Made by a program: the position numbers and the translations under genes. Of a DNA stretch of 64,000 nucleotides, positions 60,768 to 64,000 are shown in pieces. The stretch spans positions 149,048,001 to 149,112,000 of the forward strand of contig OX597815.1 of NCBI GenBank assembly GCA_951406725.2, given 5' to 3'. The DNA comes from Octopus vulgaris (taxonomy: Eukaryota). Below the pieces are notes generated by a model. That model did not search any database and was not told the DNA's origin. It saw nothing but the letters and a program-made list of their open reading frames with translations. Position 1 is the first letter of the stretch; every line of letters begins with the position of its first letter.

Positions 60768-61023
60768 TTAGTGCGTAGATATGTAAATATATATATACAT
60801 ATAATTTAGTAGTATGTGTGTATATATATATAACATATGCATATTCATACGTAAACATGATCATAAATAGCGATAACAATATGTGTAGGAAGAGAAAGAA
60901 CATATCAAGCATCCTATTTCTTATACATCTTTAACATAAACAAAATTGCATTCTCATGATTGTCAACCGAATAATTGAAAGCAAAACTGTAAAGAAATAC
61001 ATTACACACACACACACACACAT

Positions 61024-61091
<68 letters not shown>

Positions 61092-61979
61092 GTATGTGTG
61101 TGTGTGTATGTTTGCAGGTAGAGACCCAGATATAGATATAGTTAGATATATGTGTGTAAACTTATGTGTGTATATGTATGTATATATGTATGTGTTCACA
61201 AACTTCGATGCATAAAACTCCAGAACTATAATAGAAATACAAAACAGATATGACAATAGAAAATATAGATTGAGATAATAATTACAGTAGAGAAATATGG
61301 GAGTCTTACATTGTGAATAATAATAATGAAACCCTATGTTATATGTGTATTTTTCTCTATCGAGTGTATCCACAAACAACATAGGACTTCATTTTACTGT
61401 TACACATCTGCAAAGGAATTACAAGCAAAGTCTTACTTGTCAGATAATATTCATGTATTATTACATAATCTGACAAATTTCTATGATCATATATCTGATA
61501 AAATATGATTGAGACGAGCTTCACCATACGAATTTCTATTTCTCGAATTTTATGAATGTAGTATGTTTATACAGAATCGCACACACGTGAGTCACTTTAT
61601 GTGTCATATGTAAGCGTGTAAACATATCGTTGTTGCTGGATGTCTGTTTTTCTACGAATACAGCTGCTTGATGAAATGACTTACCTCCTTCTGAAATAAA
61701 GTGAATCTGCCTGTAGTATCCACACACACACGTGCATTTTTAATCAGCATAAAATCGCCTATTATTAGACTGTCGTACCTGAAAGTGAAGTACCCTTTCA
61801 AGAGCGTCTCTTCAGTATCCGACCAAGCACTAAGTAACAGTGTTCCTACCTGAGGTTATAGCATATAAGACTTGTAACTCATGAATACAAAACGAATTAA
61901 TAACATCGTAACAAAATATGCACACATAAACCCATTCAAAATCAAAACACACACACACATACACACACACGCATACACG

Positions 61980-62014
<35 letters not shown>

Positions 62015-63704
62015 GCGTGTGTGTGTTCATGTGTGTGTATTGTAGATAGATGCAAGGATAGATAAATAGACAGATACATAGATAGATAGGTAGATATACA
62101 CGCATATCTCATGTAATTCCCCCAGTTAAATATACCAATTTATGAACAGTTAAATTATAACAGACGAACTTTTACAGAAATTTATGAGAACAGGCTCAAA
62201 TGACATATATTATGCAGAACACGCACACACACTCACACACACACACACGCACACACACACATATATATATATATATTTATACATATATATATATATATAT
62301 ATTTACACATATATATACATATATATCTATATACACACATATATATGCATGTATATGTATATGGCCGTGTAAGTGTGTATAAACAGGTGCACGTAATATG
62401 TGAATGTAATTCCCCGTAATAGTGGGCTATTTATATATCAGCATCCATGTTTTGGATGATTACAGCATTTTACGAGCTGATTAAAGACTAGTAAAGTGCC
62501 CAACTTAAAGACATTTCACATCAATTACTAATGCTCTGTTCCTAGAAAGAGAGAAACTAGAGACGGTTACAACGATCGTATATGAACAAGTAAAATGGTG
62601 ACCAATTGGTAATTGCACCTACAACCAGTTACCATTATAATTATTGTAATCAATGATTAAATACGCAGTTGTAGCAAAAGTAATCGCAGAAATATAGGAA
62701 AAATGGCCAATTATTTCCTTCCAGTGCACAGGGATTTCAAGACAAATAATAATTTTCAGATATTTACGTTGAATTTAAATATATTATTCAAATGATTGCA
62801 AATCTTTCTTCTATTATATTATTAACTTTACTGTGTATGAAGTAAATATAAATATTCGGCAATAGATTGTTACCAAAATGGGGGATAGTATTGCTGGTGA
62901 AGTTCGCCAAGTAATTTCAAATAATTGAAATTGCGCACCTAATGTTAAGAACTATCCTTTTCTACATGAATTACTATTCTCAATACAGGCAGTGGAGTAA
63001 ACCTTGAAATATATTTTATTAAAATCCATTAATCATAGAATACTTTGTGGGAATGAGTATAAAATTTTACAGTTAACATAAAGAGTTTCGCTTGTATTCC
63101 AGTTTATCCTCAGCTACCAGATATGAGGGTAGCAAAGAGGTGTATTGGCTATATGAGAATAAACATAAGGTGTCGTTACAAATGTAAGGAAATACATTGG
63201 ATCAAAACCCACTTATAAATCAGTGATACGCTTAGATGATGCAACAAAAGAGTTGGTACCGAACTTCCTTCGTGCCTAAAAATCTTTTGACCAGTAAAAA
63301 TCTATATTAGAGATATTGAACATCATTTGATAAATTCACCCCTTCAAATGGTGAGTACATGTTTATGGAGGGGGTTTGTTTGATGCAAAAGCAGGCTGAC
63401 ACGCGAATTTCAGCTTAGAATTGAAACTGAAGACGTTTTTGCCAATTGACTGAGAAGTAGGATGTTCGTTTTTGTGCTCTCCGGGTTTATAGTACATATT
63501 TAATTGCATCTGATAAAGAAATCTTTCCGGTTCAAATGTTGATCTTATCCACTTATAACGGACACGAATACTACCAATGACGTTGAGTTAATTGGAAATA
63601 ATTGAGAATGGAAAGGAATGGGGAGTGAAAATAGTATTTACCATCATTGTGACAACTCTCTGTAAACATAACATCTACCCATCCATGGTACGCAATGCTG
63701 AATT

Positions 63705-64000
63705 GCTGTTGTTGCTGCAGAGACCCCCTTCGGTCATGAGTGACCATAGGATTACACCTAGAAAGTTACCATCCCACTCACAAGTCTAGGCAAGGTTGTT
63801 TATGGAAGACCAGCAGTCTCCCATGTATATCGGCCTCCCTTCTCCACACCACCAGTGTTATCCATGGGAAAGGCAAAGACCCGTACAGCTTGGCACCTGT
63901 GACGTTGCAATTCATTTCTACAGCTGAGTGAACTGGAGCAACGTGTAATAAAGTGTTCTGCTTAAGAACACAACCCGTAGCCCGGTCCGGGATTCGAACT
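63705..64000 (-). mobile_element. Third tRNA-derived SINE family, head cut by the window edge
   Basis: Minus strand begins with B box agttcgaatcccgg, continues with central ttgctccagttcactcagctgtagaaatg, and ends in a (caa/cag)n tail near 63705-63720. Confidence 0.65.

Noticed and set aside
61770-61820. Minus-strand CTGAAGA with a hairpin (possible hammerhead)
   Set aside because: GAAA core absent after the stem, and too degraded to support.

Overview
AT-rich, microsatellite-dense eukaryotic DNA made mostly of transposon debris. It is most consistent with a cephalopod (octopus-like) genome, which is an inference from the repeat types. No host gene, rRNA, tRNA or CRISPR array is supported. 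The dominant feature is about 8 copies, from several distinct families, of an RT + restriction-like endonuclease (RLE) non-LTR retrotransposon of the R4/Dong type. All are on the + strand and almost all abut (TAA)n tracts. They sit in three co-oriented clusters (1-4475, 21720-23055, 42490-48390), and a 554-bp non-coding passenger occupies the same kind of site. Also present: a near full-length but mutated CR1-clade LINE (30975-35320, minus) whose 3' end is shared by a SINE; head-to-tail SINE multimers with a recurrent junction; an internally deleted Tc1/mariner; L1/Tx1 and Penelope (GIY-YIG) relics; a Helentron-type MITE; two long palindromes beside (TA)n tracts; and a 103-bp tandem triplet. 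Most other ORFs in the track are microsatellite or antisense artefacts. Boundaries were read by eye and are approximate for degraded elements.
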